This document shows positions 8,248-18,358 of a stretch of DNA of 64,000 bases, one piece after another (position 1 is the first letter of the stretch; every line of letters begins with the position of its first letter). This DNA comes from Terrimicrobiaceae bacterium. GTDB lineage: Bacteria; Verrucomicrobiota; Verrucomicrobiia; Chthoniobacterales; Terrimicrobiaceae. Position numbers and translations under genes: made by a program. Under the pieces are notes generated by a model that was given only the letters and a program-made list of their open reading frames with translations, searched no databases and was not told the origin of the DNA. The stretch spans positions 1-64,000 of the forward strand of contig JBIIPZ010000003.1 in the NCBI GenBank assembly GCA_044342325.1. Reading direction: 5' to 3'.

Positions 8248-10386
8248 TCAATTCGCAGGCTGAATCTGAGCGAGGCGGCGCTCGAGAACAGAATCCGGCT
8301 CGGCGCCGAGATCCTTGGCTTTTTCGTAATGCTTCTTGGCGAGCTGCAGCGAGGGGGGCTCGGCGTTGGCATACATGACAGCAAGGTTGAAGTGGGCGTT
8401 GGCGTAGTTCGGGGCGATGGCGAGACTTTGACGGAAGGATTCCTCCGCCTTGGCGGTGTCACCTTTTTTACCGAGAGCGATGGCAAGGTAATTGTGGGCA
8501 ACGGCATTTTTCGGGTCGGCAGGAATGACGCGATTGAGCACAGCGATCGATTCGTCGAAGCGGCCTTGGCGGCAGTAGACATTGGCAAGGTTCACCGAAG
8601 CGAAGATGTCGTCGGATTTCAGCGACAGGGCTTTTTCCAAGGCGACTTGAGCGGCTGAGAGTTTACCGGCCTGGATTTGAGTGACGGCGAGATTGGCGAG
8701 GGCGAAGTGATTTTCCGGCTCGATATCCACGACCTGCTGGTATTTTTTTTCGGCATCCGTGAAGCGCCGCTGCTTGGCGAGTGTCGAGGCCTCGGTAGCG
8801 AGTTTTTTTGCCTCATCGGAAAGGGCATCCGCCCCTCCAGAAGAGCGCTTGCGAGAGCTGTTGGCATTTGCGGACTTGACCACGGTCAGGGAGAGCTCTG
8901 CACCCTCGACATCGGGATCCTTGAGAACAACGAGGGGATCGCGAAAGAGGGCTCGTTCCTCGTCTTTCACGACTGGCGGAGGGTTTGAGAGAATTCCGAT
9001 CGAAGAGGCCAGCGCGTCGGATTGAACTTGGAGGCGCACGAGCTCCTTTTCCAAATCCGACACCACTTGAGTGCGCTCGCTTTGTTCGTGGATTTGGCGA
9101 ATGACAATCTGGCGGAGAAGCTGGCTCTCGGTGAAAAGGCGTTTTTGCTCCTCGCTCGGCTCGGGATTGAGGCGCAGACGAGCCAACTCGCCGGTGGCTT
9201 CATCAAGCTGCAACATGAGCGCCTTGACGCTGGCATCCCTCGCCACCAAGTCCTGACGCGAGGCAGCGAGGCGGTCTTGGAGCAATGCAATTTCCTCTTG
9301 GAGCCCCTCGGCTTCTGCTTGGGAAAGACCGCCCGAGCTGGAGGCCTCAGCGATTTTCTTTTCCGAGGCGGCCAGTTTTTGAGCGAGGTCTTTGTTATCA
9401 GATTCCAGCTTGGCCAAGCGCTCGAGGTCGGGTTTCTGAGTGGTGAGTTGTTTTTGAAGGGCGGCCTTCTCCACTTTGAGGGCGTCGAGTTCGGCGTCAT
9501 TGTCCTTGAGACGCTTGATGCGCGAGACGGCTTTGTCGCGTTCGGCGGCCACCTTGCGGCGATCCCCATCGGTGGCGGAGAGGGCTTTTTTGCTTTCGGA
9601 AATGAAGGCGGCGGCTTTTTCGAGTTTTCCGACGAGGCGGGCGTTCTCCTCCTGAAGGACTTCGTTTTCGGCTTCAGCACGCGCAATGCGATCAGAAAGC
9701 TTCTCAATCCGCTTGTCCTGCGGATCACCAGCTTTTTTCTTCAGGGCATCCCTTTCCTGGGTGATGTTCTGAAGAGCCCCGTCGGCCTGAGCGAGATTGG
9801 AATTCGTGGCAACAAGCTCGGTCTTTGTTTTTTCGAGCTCCATTTTGACACTGGCGACATCACCCTCCAAAGACTCGCGCTTTTTCTTCTCCTCGGCATG
9901 GAGTTTTCGATACTCGGCGACTTGACGCTCCAAGCTGGCGATCTGCTCGCGCGTGATTTCAGAACCCGACTCGGCCTTCTTCGCAGTCTCCGCCTTTTGC
10001 TGACGGGGACGGGTCGTGACGGCTGGCTCGGGGATATCGATTTCAAAGCCCCGCGTTGGCAGAGGATCCTCGTGCGAAGGTAGTTTTTCAGGCTCAGAGG
10101 CGACCATCGCGCGGAGACGCTCGATATTTTCCTGAGCCTTGCGCATGCGGAAGTTCACCACAATTTCCTGCCAAGAGGGGTCGTCTTTCCGGACCTGCTC
10201 CAGAATGGCGACGGTGGAAGCATACGAATTCATGGCATCTCTCAAGCGCCCATCGCGCTCGAATTTCTCTCCGGCTTGATAATCTTGGTAGGCCTTCAGA
10301 AAAAAATCCGCCGGGTCTCCTGCAAATGCAGCAAGAGCGGGAAAAAGCACTGCTGCGGAAAAAAGCGCAAGGATTCGGGAGATCAT
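8248..10386 (-). CDS. Exported coiled-coil protein with C-terminal TPR repeats
   Basis: Start placed at ATG 10386 (signal peptide MISRILALFSAAVLFPALAAFAG); long E/K/A/L-rich heptad region; TPR-like helices such as YANAHFNLAVMY. Confidence 0.85.
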   Translation of the reverse strand: MISRILALFSAAVLFPALAAFAGDPADFFLKAYQDYQAGEKFERDGRLRDAMNSYASTVAILEQVRKDDPSWQEIVVNFRMRKAQENIERLRAMVASEPEKLPSHEDPLPTRGFEIDIPEPAVTTRPRQQKAETAKKAESGSEITREQIASLERQVAEYRKLHAEEKKKRESLEGDVASVKMELEKTKTELVATNSNLAQADGALQNITQERDALKKKAGDPQDKRIEKLSDRIARAEAENEVLQEENARLVGKLEKAAAFISESKKALSATDGDRRKVAAERDKAVSRIKRLKDNDAELDALKVEKAALQKQLTTQKPDLERLAKLESDNKDLAQKLAASEKKIAEASSSGGLSQAEAEGLQEEIALLQDRLAASRQDLVARDASVKALMLQLDEATGELARLRLNPEPSEEQKRLFTESQLLRQIVIRQIHEQSERTQVVSDLEKELVRLQVQSDALASSIGILSNPPPVVKDEERALFRDPLVVLKDPDVEGAELSLTVVKSANANSSRKRSSGGADALSDEAKKLATEASTLAKQRRFTDAEKKYQQVVDIEPENHFALANLAVTQIQAGKLSAAQVALEKALSLKSDDIFASVNLANVYCRQGRFDESIAVLNRVIPADPKNAVAHNYLAIALGKKGDTAKAEESFRQSLAIAPNYANAHFNLAVMYANAEPPSLQLAKKHYEKAKDLGAEPDSVLERRLAQIQPAN

Positions 10387-10508
10387 TTCAAGACGGACGG
10401 GATGCGCGACATCCTGCCCGAGGCCTTGGAGGATTTCAACCGGAATCAAGGTCTCCGCGATTCCAAAATCGGCCTTGCCTTGGAACCCGTGCGAGACATG
10501 ATCACGCA

Positions 10509-10769
10509 ATGAGTGAGCTGGAAATTTATGCAGCCGGAGTTCGCCAGCCTGAGAAAATGCTCGGACTGGCTCTGGAATTGGATGTGATTCCGAACCTCTG
10601 CTACAAAGTCGATACGAACCATGATATCGTTTACATGGAATTCGGGGGCGGCGTGCCAACAGCGGGCAATCTGGAGTCGATCTTCACAAAGCTCGGCCTG
10701 AAGGCGCTCTTTGTCGGGCAAATCCCTCCAGAGGCGAACTCGCTCAAGAAGACTCAGCGCATTTACTGA
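10509..10769 (+). CDS. Small hypothetical protein (86 aa)
   Basis: Protein-like C-terminal part of the 10056..10769 ORF (MSELEIYAAGVRQPEK...); ATG at 10509; ends 20 bp before mlaE. Confidence 0.65.
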   Translation: MSELEIYAAGVRQPEKMLGLALELDVIPNLCYKVDTNHDIVYMEFGGGVPTAGNLESIFTKLGLKALFVGQIPPEANSLKKTQRIY

Positions 10770-10789
10770 AGCTCGCCGCCAAAATTCCC

Positions 10790-11578
10790 ATGCCAATTAT
10801 TGGAGTTTTTTCGAATCTTTACACCGCCTTCCTGACTTTTCTGGGTCAGGTGGCCATGCTGGCGAGCGAAACCATTCTTTCGATCTTCTGCGGCCGCATT
10901 CGACCGAAGCTGGTGATCCAACAAATCGCCGAGATTGGATTCCGCTCGCAGTTGGTGGTGATCGTCACCGGAGCGTTTACAGGAGCGGTTTTCACGGCGC
11001 AGGCGTATTTCCAATTTGCAAGCTTGAACATGGAAACCGCTGTTGGCCCTGTCGTCGCTGTCTCGATGTTCCGCGAACTCGGCCCAGTGCTGGCGGGGTT
11101 GATGGTGGCGGGTCGCGTGGGCGCCGCGATGAGCGCGGAGATCGGCACCATGAGGGTCACGCAACAAATCGACGCCCTGCGCGCTCTGGCCGTGAACCCG
11201 GTGGACTACCTTGTGGTGCCACGCGCGATGGCGATGTTTATTTCCATGCCGTTTCTGGTCGTGGAATGCGTCGGCTGCGGCATTCTGGCGAGCTATTATG
11301 TCGGCGTGAATGTTCTGAACATTTCCGGCGTTTACTTCCTCGCAAACACCCAGAAGTTCGCAGATTCGAGTGATATCGTCATGGCGCTTGTGAAGGGCTT
11401 TTTCTTTGCGGGAGTCATCGTATTCATCAGTTGCCGCGAGGGTCTGAACGCAAAAGATGGAGCCGTGGGAGTCGGACGCGCCACGACATCCACCGTTGTG
11501 AATTGTTCGCTCGCCATCCTCATCGTGAATTTTTTCCTTACTATGGCGCTCAATGTCATCTTTCCCGCTGGCCAATGA
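10790..11578 (+). CDS. mlaE: ABC transporter permease MlaE
   Basis: RELGPVLAGLMVAGRVGAAMSAEIGTMRVTQQIDAL, GAVGVGRATT. Confidence 0.93.
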   Translation: MPIIGVFSNLYTAFLTFLGQVAMLASETILSIFCGRIRPKLVIQQIAEIGFRSQLVVIVTGAFTGAVFTAQAYFQFASLNMETAVGPVVAVSMFRELGPVLAGLMVAGRVGAAMSAEIGTMRVTQQIDALRALAVNPVDYLVVPRAMAMFISMPFLVVECVGCGILASYYVGVNVLNISGVYFLANTQKFADSSDIVMALVKGFFFAGVIVFISCREGLNAKDGAVGVGRATTSTVVNCSLAILIVNFFLTMALNVIFPAGQ

Positions 11579-12330
11579 TGAGCACGCCTTTGATCCAAGT
11601 CCGGGACCTCGTCCAAAAAATCGGCGGCCAGGAAATCCTGAAGGGCATCTCGTTGGATATCCACAAAGGCGAAACGCTGGTCCTCCTCGGGAAAAGCGGC
11701 GGCGGCAAGAGCGTGTTCCTACGGCATCTGATCGGCCTCATGCGCCCGGTTTCGGGCAGCATCTTGTTTGAAGGCAGTGAGGTCACCACGCTCAAGGAAC
11801 GCCAACTCGAACCTGTCCGCAGAAAAATCGGCATGCTCTTCCAGGACGGCGCGCTTTTTGACTCGATGAATGTTTTTGACAATGTCGCCTTCCCGCTCCG
11901 CGAACGCGGAGAACGCGACCCTGCTGTGATCAAGCGGAAGGTCGACGAATCCCTAGCCATGGTCAACATGCGCGGACACGACAAAAAAATGCCAGTGAAC
12001 CTGAGCGGCGGCATGCGCAAGCGGGTGGCCTTGGCGAGGGCGATCATCTCGCCGCCGGATGTCATCCTCTACGACGAACCCACCGCCGGGCTCGACCCCA
12101 TCGTTTCAGACAGCATCAACAAATTGATACGCCGTCTACAGGCCGAACTGCATGTGACCTCCGTCGTCGTCACCCATGACATGGTGAGCTGCAACCACAT
12201 CGCCGACCGGGTGGCGCTGCTGAATGAGGGGCGCATCTATTTCACAGGCACAACAGACGACCTCCGCTCGACCACGGATCCGACGATCCGGGATTTTGTG
12301 GATGGAAGATCGGGAGAAACCATTTATTAG
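11575..12330 (+). CDS. mlaF: ABC transporter ATPase MlaF
   Basis: Walker A GKSGGGKS, LSGGMRKRVALARA, YDEPTAGLDP; ATGA overlap with the mlaE stop. Confidence 0.92.
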   Translation: MMSTPLIQVRDLVQKIGGQEILKGISLDIHKGETLVLLGKSGGGKSVFLRHLIGLMRPVSGSILFEGSEVTTLKERQLEPVRRKIGMLFQDGALFDSMNVFDNVAFPLRERGERDPAVIKRKVDESLAMVNMRGHDKKMPVNLSGGMRKRVALARAIISPPDVILYDEPTAGLDPIVSDSINKLIRRLQAELHVTSVVVTHDMVSCNHIADRVALLNEGRIYFTGTTDDLRSTTDPTIRDFVDGRSGETIY

Positions 12331-12340
12331 AAACCCACAC

Positions 12341-13210
12341 ATGAGCAGCGAAGACAGAGGCACACAAATCAAAGTCGGAATTTTCATCCTCATCGGACTG
12401 GTGACCGTGGGGCTCATGGTCGTCTATTTCGGACGACTCGGGGAGGGATTGTCCAACTACTACAATGTGAGAGTGGAATTCGCCAATGCCAGTGGACTTC
12501 TCCGAGGGTCTGAAGTTCTGCTGGCCGGGGCGAAGGTCGGGCGTATCACTAACGAACCCACGATTCTTCCCGACATGCGAGGGGTCTATGTGGATGTCCG
12601 CATTCTCGAACAGGTGCAAATCCCTGTGGGTAGCGTATTTTCCATAGGCAGTTCCGGCCTCCTTGGAGATAAATACATCGAAATCGCCCTCAATGGTAAC
12701 GGCAAAGAAACCGGCTTCATCAAGCCCGGATCAGTCCTCAAAGGCACCGAAAATAGCGGAGGCATCGCAGGCATGGCGGCCGGAGCGGGGGACTTGATCG
12801 CCGATCTGCGAACCACCGTGGGCAATATCAATGCCGTTGTGAAGAAGCTCGACTCGACCGTGCTTTCCAAGGCCGAACTGGATTCCATTTCGGCGACAAT
12901 GAAGAACCTGCAAACAGCCACAGGACAAATCGCAGAGGCTTCCAAAAATTTCGACACCACATTGGCCAGCGGCAAAGCGACGATGGACTCTGCCAAAAAA
13001 GCCGCTGACGAGCTTCAGCAGACACTCTCCGCCATGCACAAACTCGTCGAGCAGGCCAAATCGGGAAGCGGCGTGCTCGGCACACTCATCAGCAATCGGG
13101 ACATGGCAAACAACCTGCGCGCCCTGGTATTGAACCTCCGCAAGCATGGCATCCTCTGGTATAAAGACACCAGCACGCCTGCAGCCGCAGGGGATGCCAC
13201 GGAACCTTGA
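12341..13210 (+). CDS. mlaD: MCE/MlaD family protein with helical C-terminal extension
   Basis: N-terminal TM, FANASGLLRGSEVLLAGAKVGRI, SSGLLGDKYIEI; start placed at ATG 12341. Confidence 0.88.
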   Translation: MSSEDRGTQIKVGIFILIGLVTVGLMVVYFGRLGEGLSNYYNVRVEFANASGLLRGSEVLLAGAKVGRITNEPTILPDMRGVYVDVRILEQVQIPVGSVFSIGSSGLLGDKYIEIALNGNGKETGFIKPGSVLKGTENSGGIAGMAAGAGDLIADLRTTVGNINAVVKKLDSTVLSKAELDSISATMKNLQTATGQIAEASKNFDTTLASGKATMDSAKKAADELQQTLSAMHKLVEQAKSGSGVLGTLISNRDMANNLRALVLNLRKHGILWYKDTSTPAAAGDATEP

Positions 13211-13238
13211 TCTCCCATTTCACAGAACCCGACAGCGT

Positions 13239-13266
13239 TTGACTTGATACCCTGCCAAACTAAACT
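13239..13266 (+). promoter_or_regulatory. Putative sigma70-type promoter
   Basis: TTGACT-16 bp-TAAACT, 12 bp upstream of ATG 13279. Confidence 0.35.
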
Positions 13267-13278
13267 GCGACATAACGA

Positions 13279-15003
13279 ATGAGCCAGAAATCGAAACGAA
13301 GCGTTTTATTCATCTGCACAGGAAATGTCTGCCGGAGCCCGATGGCCGAGGCGCTGTTCCGCAGCATGTCCGCCGGATTGGATGATGTGCGCGTTTTTTC
13401 AGCCGGACTCAGCGCCCCTCAAGGAGCCCCAGCCAGCCGCGACGCTGTGGATGTCCTCGCAGCCCAAGGCATCGACCTCTCGAAATTCCGCAGCCAGCCG
13501 GTCACCGAGGATTTGCTGGAGAAGGCATCCCACGTCTTCGTCATGACGCGCGAGCACGAGCGTCTGGTGGACATGTTTTTCCCCGAATACATCCACAAAG
13601 TCCGCCTGCTCCGCTTCGACGAGCAAGGCGCCCCCGATGTGCCGGACCCGATTGGCCAAGGCCGGACGGTCTATGCTGAGTGCAAACGCAGCATCGAGCA
13701 GGCCATGCCATCCGTATTACGAATCATTAATCAAAAACCCATGACGACATCCGCCGAATCCCAAACGGGACTCTCCGCCCTCACTGAAACCGATCCCGAA
13801 ATCGCAGCAGCCATCGAAAAGGAATACAAACGCCAGTTCGAGCACATCGAGTTAATCGCCTCCGAGAATTTCACCAGCCGCGCCGTCATGGAGGCGCAGG
13901 GCTCCTGCCTCACCAACAAATACGCCGAAGGCTATCCCGGACGTCGTTGGTATGGGGGCTGCGAGTATGTGGACATCGTGGAAACACTCGCCATCGAACG
14001 CGCGAAGAAGCTCTTTGGAGCACAGCACGTCAATGTGCAGCCCCACAGCGGTAGCCAGGCAAATATGGCCGTTTATTTCAGCGTGCTGACACCCGGCGAC
14101 AAAATCCTGACGATGGATCTCGCCCACGGCGGCCACCTCACTCACGGCCACAAGGCGAATTTTTCTGGGAAACTCTATGAGGTTCACCACTACGGCGTGA
14201 GCCGCGAAACCGAGATCATCGACTACGACGCCCTCGCCCGCCAAGCCGAGGAGGTTCGCCCCAAAATGATCACCGCTGGAGCCTCGGCCTATCCGCGAAT
14301 CATTGATTTCAAACGCATGCGCGAAATCGCGGATGCCGTGGGAGCCTACCTCTTCGTGGACATGGCCCACATCTCGGGACTCGTTGCCGGCGGCGTGCAT
14401 CCCTCGCCATTCCCTTACGCAGATTTTGTCACGACAACGACACACAAGAGCCTGCGCGGACCGCGTGCCGGTCTTGTGATGTGCAAAGAAGAATTCGCCA
14501 AGAAGATTGACGGTCAGGTTTTCCCAGGCGTTCAAGGCGGACCGCTCATGCATGTCATCGCTGCGAAGGCCGTTTGCTTCCAAGAAGCCCTGCAACCCGA
14601 TTTCCGCAACTATGCCCAGCAGGTCGTGAACAATGCCAAGTCTCTCGCTGCCCGACTCTCAAAACTCGGCCACCGCATCGTCTCCGGCGGCACCGACAAC
14701 CATGTCCTCCTTGTTGACCTCCGCCCAGCGGGTCTTACCGGCGCAGAAGCCTCGGTGGTGCTCGACAAGGCCGCGATCACGGTGAACAAAAACGCGATTC
14801 CTTTCGATACCGAGTCGATCATGAAAACCGGTGGCATCCGCATTGGCACGCCTGCAATGACTACCCGCGGCCTCCGCGAGGATGACATGATGCAGGTCGC
14901 GGACTTCATCCACACAGCGCTCGACGCACGGAACGATGAATCCCGCTTGGCAGCACTGCGCCGCGAGGTGACGAGCTTCACAGCCCGATTCCCACTACCC
15001 TGA
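13279..15003 (+). CDS. glyA: Fusion of LMW protein phosphatase domain and serine hydroxymethyltransferase
   Basis: N-terminal CTGNVCRS (CX5R) and DVPDPIG; from Met at 13741 the SHMT motifs [21 protein letters not shown] and [12 protein letters not shown] (PLP lysine); one open frame. Confidence 0.93.
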   Translation: MSQKSKRSVLFICTGNVCRSPMAEALFRSMSAGLDDVRVFSAGLSAPQGAPASRDAVDVLAAQGIDLSKFRSQPVTEDLLEKASHVFVMTREHERLVDMFFPEYIHKVRLLRFDEQGAPDVPDPIGQGRTVYAECKRSIEQAMPSVLRIINQKPMTTSAESQTGLSALTETDPEIAAAIEKEYKRQFEHIELIASENFTSRAVMEAQGSCLTNKYAEGYPGRRWYGGCEYVDIVETLAIERAKKLFGAQHVNVQPHSGSQANMAVYFSVLTPGDKILTMDLAHGGHLTHGHKANFSGKLYEVHHYGVSRETEIIDYDALARQAEEVRPKMITAGASAYPRIIDFKRMREIADAVGAYLFVDMAHISGLVAGGVHPSPFPYADFVTTTTHKSLRGPRAGLVMCKEEFAKKIDGQVFPGVQGGPLMHVIAAKAVCFQEALQPDFRNYAQQVVNNAKSLAARLSKLGHRIVSGGTDNHVLLVDLRPAGLTGAEASVVLDKAAITVNKNAIPFDTESIMKTGGIRIGTPAMTTRGLREDDMMQVADFIHTALDARNDESRLAALRREVTSFTARFPLP

Positions 15004-15010
15004 GCCAGAC

Positions 15011-15538
15011 TCAGGGCCTCTGGGACTGGAGGCGCATCGCCTGCTCCAGAACCTTTCGCGCAGCCTCGTCTTGATTCACATGGGTCGAGTCGAAGCGAAA
15101 ATCCGCAGCCGATTCGTAAATCGGCCTTCGTGCCAAGAGGAGTTGATCAAATGTCTCACGCGGGTTTGGCGTTTGCAGAAGCGGACGCTTTCCACTCCGG
15201 ATTGCGCGATCGAAGAGGATATTCGGATCGGAATCGAGCCACACAACGATTCCGATCTTTTTCAATACCTCGCGGTTGGCCTGGCGGAGAATGGCCCCGC
15301 CTCCGCTTGAAAGAACCATACCGGCGACGCCGACGAGATCCGCGAGCACCCTTTGTTCGATTTCACGAAAGCCCTCCTCACCGCATGAGGCGAAGATTTC
15401 AGGAATACTCCTACCCTCGGCCTTCACGACAAGCTCGTCCGAGTCAACAAAGCGATGTCCTGTGAGGCTCGACAAGCGCCGACCAACACTGGATTTCCCA
15501 CATCCCATGAACCCTATGAGAACAAAATTTGGCAACAT
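15011..15538 (-). CDS. aroK: Shikimate kinase
   Basis: GFMGCGKSSVG, GEEGFREIE, SGGGA, RPLL. Confidence 0.93.
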   Translation of the reverse strand: MLPNFVLIGFMGCGKSSVGRRLSSLTGHRFVDSDELVVKAEGRSIPEIFASCGEEGFREIEQRVLADLVGVAGMVLSSGGGAILRQANREVLKKIGIVVWLDSDPNILFDRAIRSGKRPLLQTPNPRETFDQLLLARRPIYESAADFRFDSTHVNQDEAARKVLEQAMRLQSQRP

Positions 15539-15623
15539 GTGGTGACTCTCTCACAGCGATGCGGTCGCTGAAATCATTTTGAGTCCCGCTGGCATTTCCC
15601 GAAGCGGTTGCTATGGTTGTCGA

Positions 15624-16745
15624 ATGTCGCGACCCAAGCTTATTTTCGGATCCCCCGAGACCTGCGCGGACCTGCTTTACGCCACACATTTCCGCGCGCC
15701 GGACTCGTTCGCATTTCTGGAGGTCGATGGAAAAAAACATATTCTCCTCAACGACCTGGAAGTCGATCGCGGCCGGGTCGAAGCCAAGGTGGATGAGGTC
15801 GAATCCTACTCGGAGATCGAAAAGACAGCGCGCAAATCCCCAGACAAAAGGCCATCCCAAGCCAAAGTCACCGCAGTGTGGATCGCCTCCAAGGGCGTTA
15901 CAGAGTTGAGGGTTCCTGCAGATTTTCCACTCGGGCTTGCGCGCGAACTCAAAAAAGAAGGCCTGGAATTGAAGCCCGTCCGAGGATCATTTTACCCAGA
16001 GCGGGAAATCAAATCCCGACAGGAAATCCCATTACTCGAAAAAGCCGTCCATATCGCCGAAGCCGGCATGACCCGTGGCCTCGAAGTTCTCCGCGCATCG
16101 CGCATTCGCAAAGACGGCAGCCTGTCCTTCAATGGCGACACGCTCACCTCGGAACTCCTCCGCATAGAAATGGAGACCGCGGTCCTGCGCAATGGCGGCG
16201 AAGCCCGTGGTGATACAATCGTCGCGTGCGGCGAGCAGGCGTGCGACCCCCATTCGCGCGGCTCAGGCCCGCTTTTTGCAAACCAGCTGATCATCCTCGA
16301 CATCTTTCCCCGCGACGCCCGCACCGGGTGGTTCGGCGACATCACCCGCACGGTGGTGAGAGGCAAGGCGACAGATGCCCAGCGCCATCTTTGGGAGACT
16401 TGCCTCGCAGGACAAAAACTCGCCCACGATGCCATGAAGCCCGGCACTGAGGGACGGATCATCCACAACATGGTAAAAAACCATTTCGCCACCCAAGGAT
16501 ACCCTACCGAAATCAAAAACGGACGCTGGCAGGGATTCTTCCACGGCACCGGCCACGGGCTAGGGCTTGAAATTCATGAGTCGCCGCGTTTTTCCGACAC
16601 TACTTTCCTACCTGGTCAGGTCATCACAGTCGAACCCGGCATCTACATGCCCGGACTCGGCGGCGTGCGCCATGAGGATGTCGCACTCATCACAAAATCC
16701 GGCGCCCGGTTCCTGACCACGCTTCCGAAACCCTTTGAAATATGA
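15624..16745 (+). CDS. Xaa-Pro aminopeptidase (M24 family)
   Basis: DITRT, FFHGTGHGLGLEIHESP, TVEPGIY, GGVRHED; start placed at ATG 15624. Confidence 0.92.
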   Translation: MSRPKLIFGSPETCADLLYATHFRAPDSFAFLEVDGKKHILLNDLEVDRGRVEAKVDEVESYSEIEKTARKSPDKRPSQAKVTAVWIASKGVTELRVPADFPLGLARELKKEGLELKPVRGSFYPEREIKSRQEIPLLEKAVHIAEAGMTRGLEVLRASRIRKDGSLSFNGDTLTSELLRIEMETAVLRNGGEARGDTIVACGEQACDPHSRGSGPLFANQLIILDIFPRDARTGWFGDITRTVVRGKATDAQRHLWETCLAGQKLAHDAMKPGTEGRIIHNMVKNHFATQGYPTEIKNGRWQGFFHGTGHGLGLEIHESPRFSDTTFLPGQVITVEPGIYMPGLGGVRHEDVALITKSGARFLTTLPKPFEI

Positions 16746-18355
16746 CCACCGCAGAGCGCGAAATCGCGCGCCGGCGAACTTTCGCCATCATCTCGCATCC
16801 TGATGCGGGCAAGACCACCCTCACCGAAAAATTCCTTCTCTACGGCGGCGCAGTCCAACTCGCCGGCAGCGTAACCTCCCGCAAAAATGCGCGGGCGACG
16901 ACCAGCGACTGGATGGAACTCGAAAAACAACGCGGCATCTCGGTGTCATCCACCGTCCTGCAATTCGACTACCGCGACTGCGTGGTGAACCTCCTCGACA
17001 CGCCAGGCCACAAGGATTTCTCGGAAGATACCTATCGCGTCCTCACCGCTGTCGATGCGGCGGTGATGGTTATCGATGCCGGTAAAGGCATCGAATCCCA
17101 GACGCGAAAACTTTTCGAAGTCTGCCGCAAACGGGGAGTCCCGATTTTCACCTTCATGAACAAACTCGACCGCCCCGCGCGCCCCCCGTTGGAGCTGCTC
17201 GACGAGTTGGAGTCTGTCCTTGGCATCCACGCGCTCCCCATGAACTGGCCGCTCGGCGATGGACCCGAGTTCCGCGGCGTTTTCGACCGCAAGGAAAAGT
17301 CCGTGCACCTCTTCGAGAAGACGCCTGCGGGAGCCTACAGGGCGCCCGTCTCCGTGGCAGGTATTCAAGACGAAACCGTCCGAGCCGCATTGGCGCCGGA
17401 TGTCCATGCGAAAGTCTGCGACGAACTCGACCTGCTCGACGGCGCCGGGACGGATTTTGATTTCGAGGCCGTCCGTGCCGGGAATGCCACTCCTGTCTTC
17501 TTCGGCAGCGCAGCGAACAACTTCGGCGTGCAGCTCCTGCTCGACAATTTCCTGCAGCTCGCACCCCCACCAGCACCCAGAAACAGTTCGAGCAAATTAG
17601 TGGACCCTCACTCGGAAGCCTTCTCTGGTTTTGTCTTCAAAATCCAAGCCAACATGAACCCCAAGCACCGCGACCGCGTTTCGTTTATTCGAGTCGTCTC
17701 CGGCTGCTTCCGCCGTGACATGGTTGCCACCCACTCGCGTCTGGGAAAAACGATCCGCCTCGGCAATTCCCAGCGACTCTTCGCCCAGGACCGCGAGACG
17801 GTAGATGAAGCCTGGGCTGGCGATGTCGTAGGCATCGTCGGGAATTACGATTTTCTCATCGGCGATACGGTCTCGGAAGATCCCTCCCTCGCCTACCATG
17901 AGATTCCCCGCTTCGCGCCGGAGTGTTTCGCCTATCTGCGAAACTCCAGCACGGCGAAATTCAAGCGCTTCCGCGAGGGTCTCGACCAACTGCTCAAAGA
18001 GGGCGTAGCCCAGCAATTCGAACTCCCCGACGCAGTCCAGCGCGTGCCGCTCCTTGGCGCGGTGGGACCACTCCAATTCGAGGTCATGCAATACCGCCTC
18101 GAGACCGAATATAGCGCCGACTGCCGGGTCGAGTCCGCTCCGTGGCAATTCGCCCGCTGGCCACTGAAGGACGGCACTCCACTCACATCGCGCCCGGAGT
18201 TGCTCCTGCCATCAGGCTGCGTGCTCGCACAGGATGCCTCCGGATTTTGGGTCGTGCTCCTGCCCAGCAGTTGGACGATCGGCTACCTCGAAGAAAAAAA
18301 TTCCGCCTTCTCGTTCTCGGCCGAACCGCCGCCGCCAGCGAAGCTCGACGCCTGA
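16742..18355 (+). CDS. prfC: Peptide chain release factor 3
   Basis: RRRTFAIISHPDAGKTTLTEK, SDWMELEKQRGISV, DTPGHKDFSEDTYR. Confidence 0.97.
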   Translation: MTTAEREIARRRTFAIISHPDAGKTTLTEKFLLYGGAVQLAGSVTSRKNARATTSDWMELEKQRGISVSSTVLQFDYRDCVVNLLDTPGHKDFSEDTYRVLTAVDAAVMVIDAGKGIESQTRKLFEVCRKRGVPIFTFMNKLDRPARPPLELLDELESVLGIHALPMNWPLGDGPEFRGVFDRKEKSVHLFEKTPAGAYRAPVSVAGIQDETVRAALAPDVHAKVCDELDLLDGAGTDFDFEAVRAGNATPVFFGSAANNFGVQLLLDNFLQLAPPPAPRNSSSKLVDPHSEAFSGFVFKIQANMNPKHRDRVSFIRVVSGCFRRDMVATHSRLGKTIRLGNSQRLFAQDRETVDEAWAGDVVGIVGNYDFLIGDTVSEDPSLAYHEIPRFAPECFAYLRNSSTAKFKRFREGLDQLLKEGVAQQFELPDAVQRVPLLGAVGPLQFEVMQYRLETEYSADCRVESAPWQFARWPLKDGTPLTSRPELLLPSGCVLAQDASGFWVVLLPSSWTIGYLEEKNSAFSFSAEPPPPAKLDA

Positions 18356-18358
18356 CGC

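Noticed and set aside
10387..10659. First 91 codons of the 803-aa ORF
   Set aside because: Overlaps the divergent small gene and precedes a clear signal peptide at Met 10386
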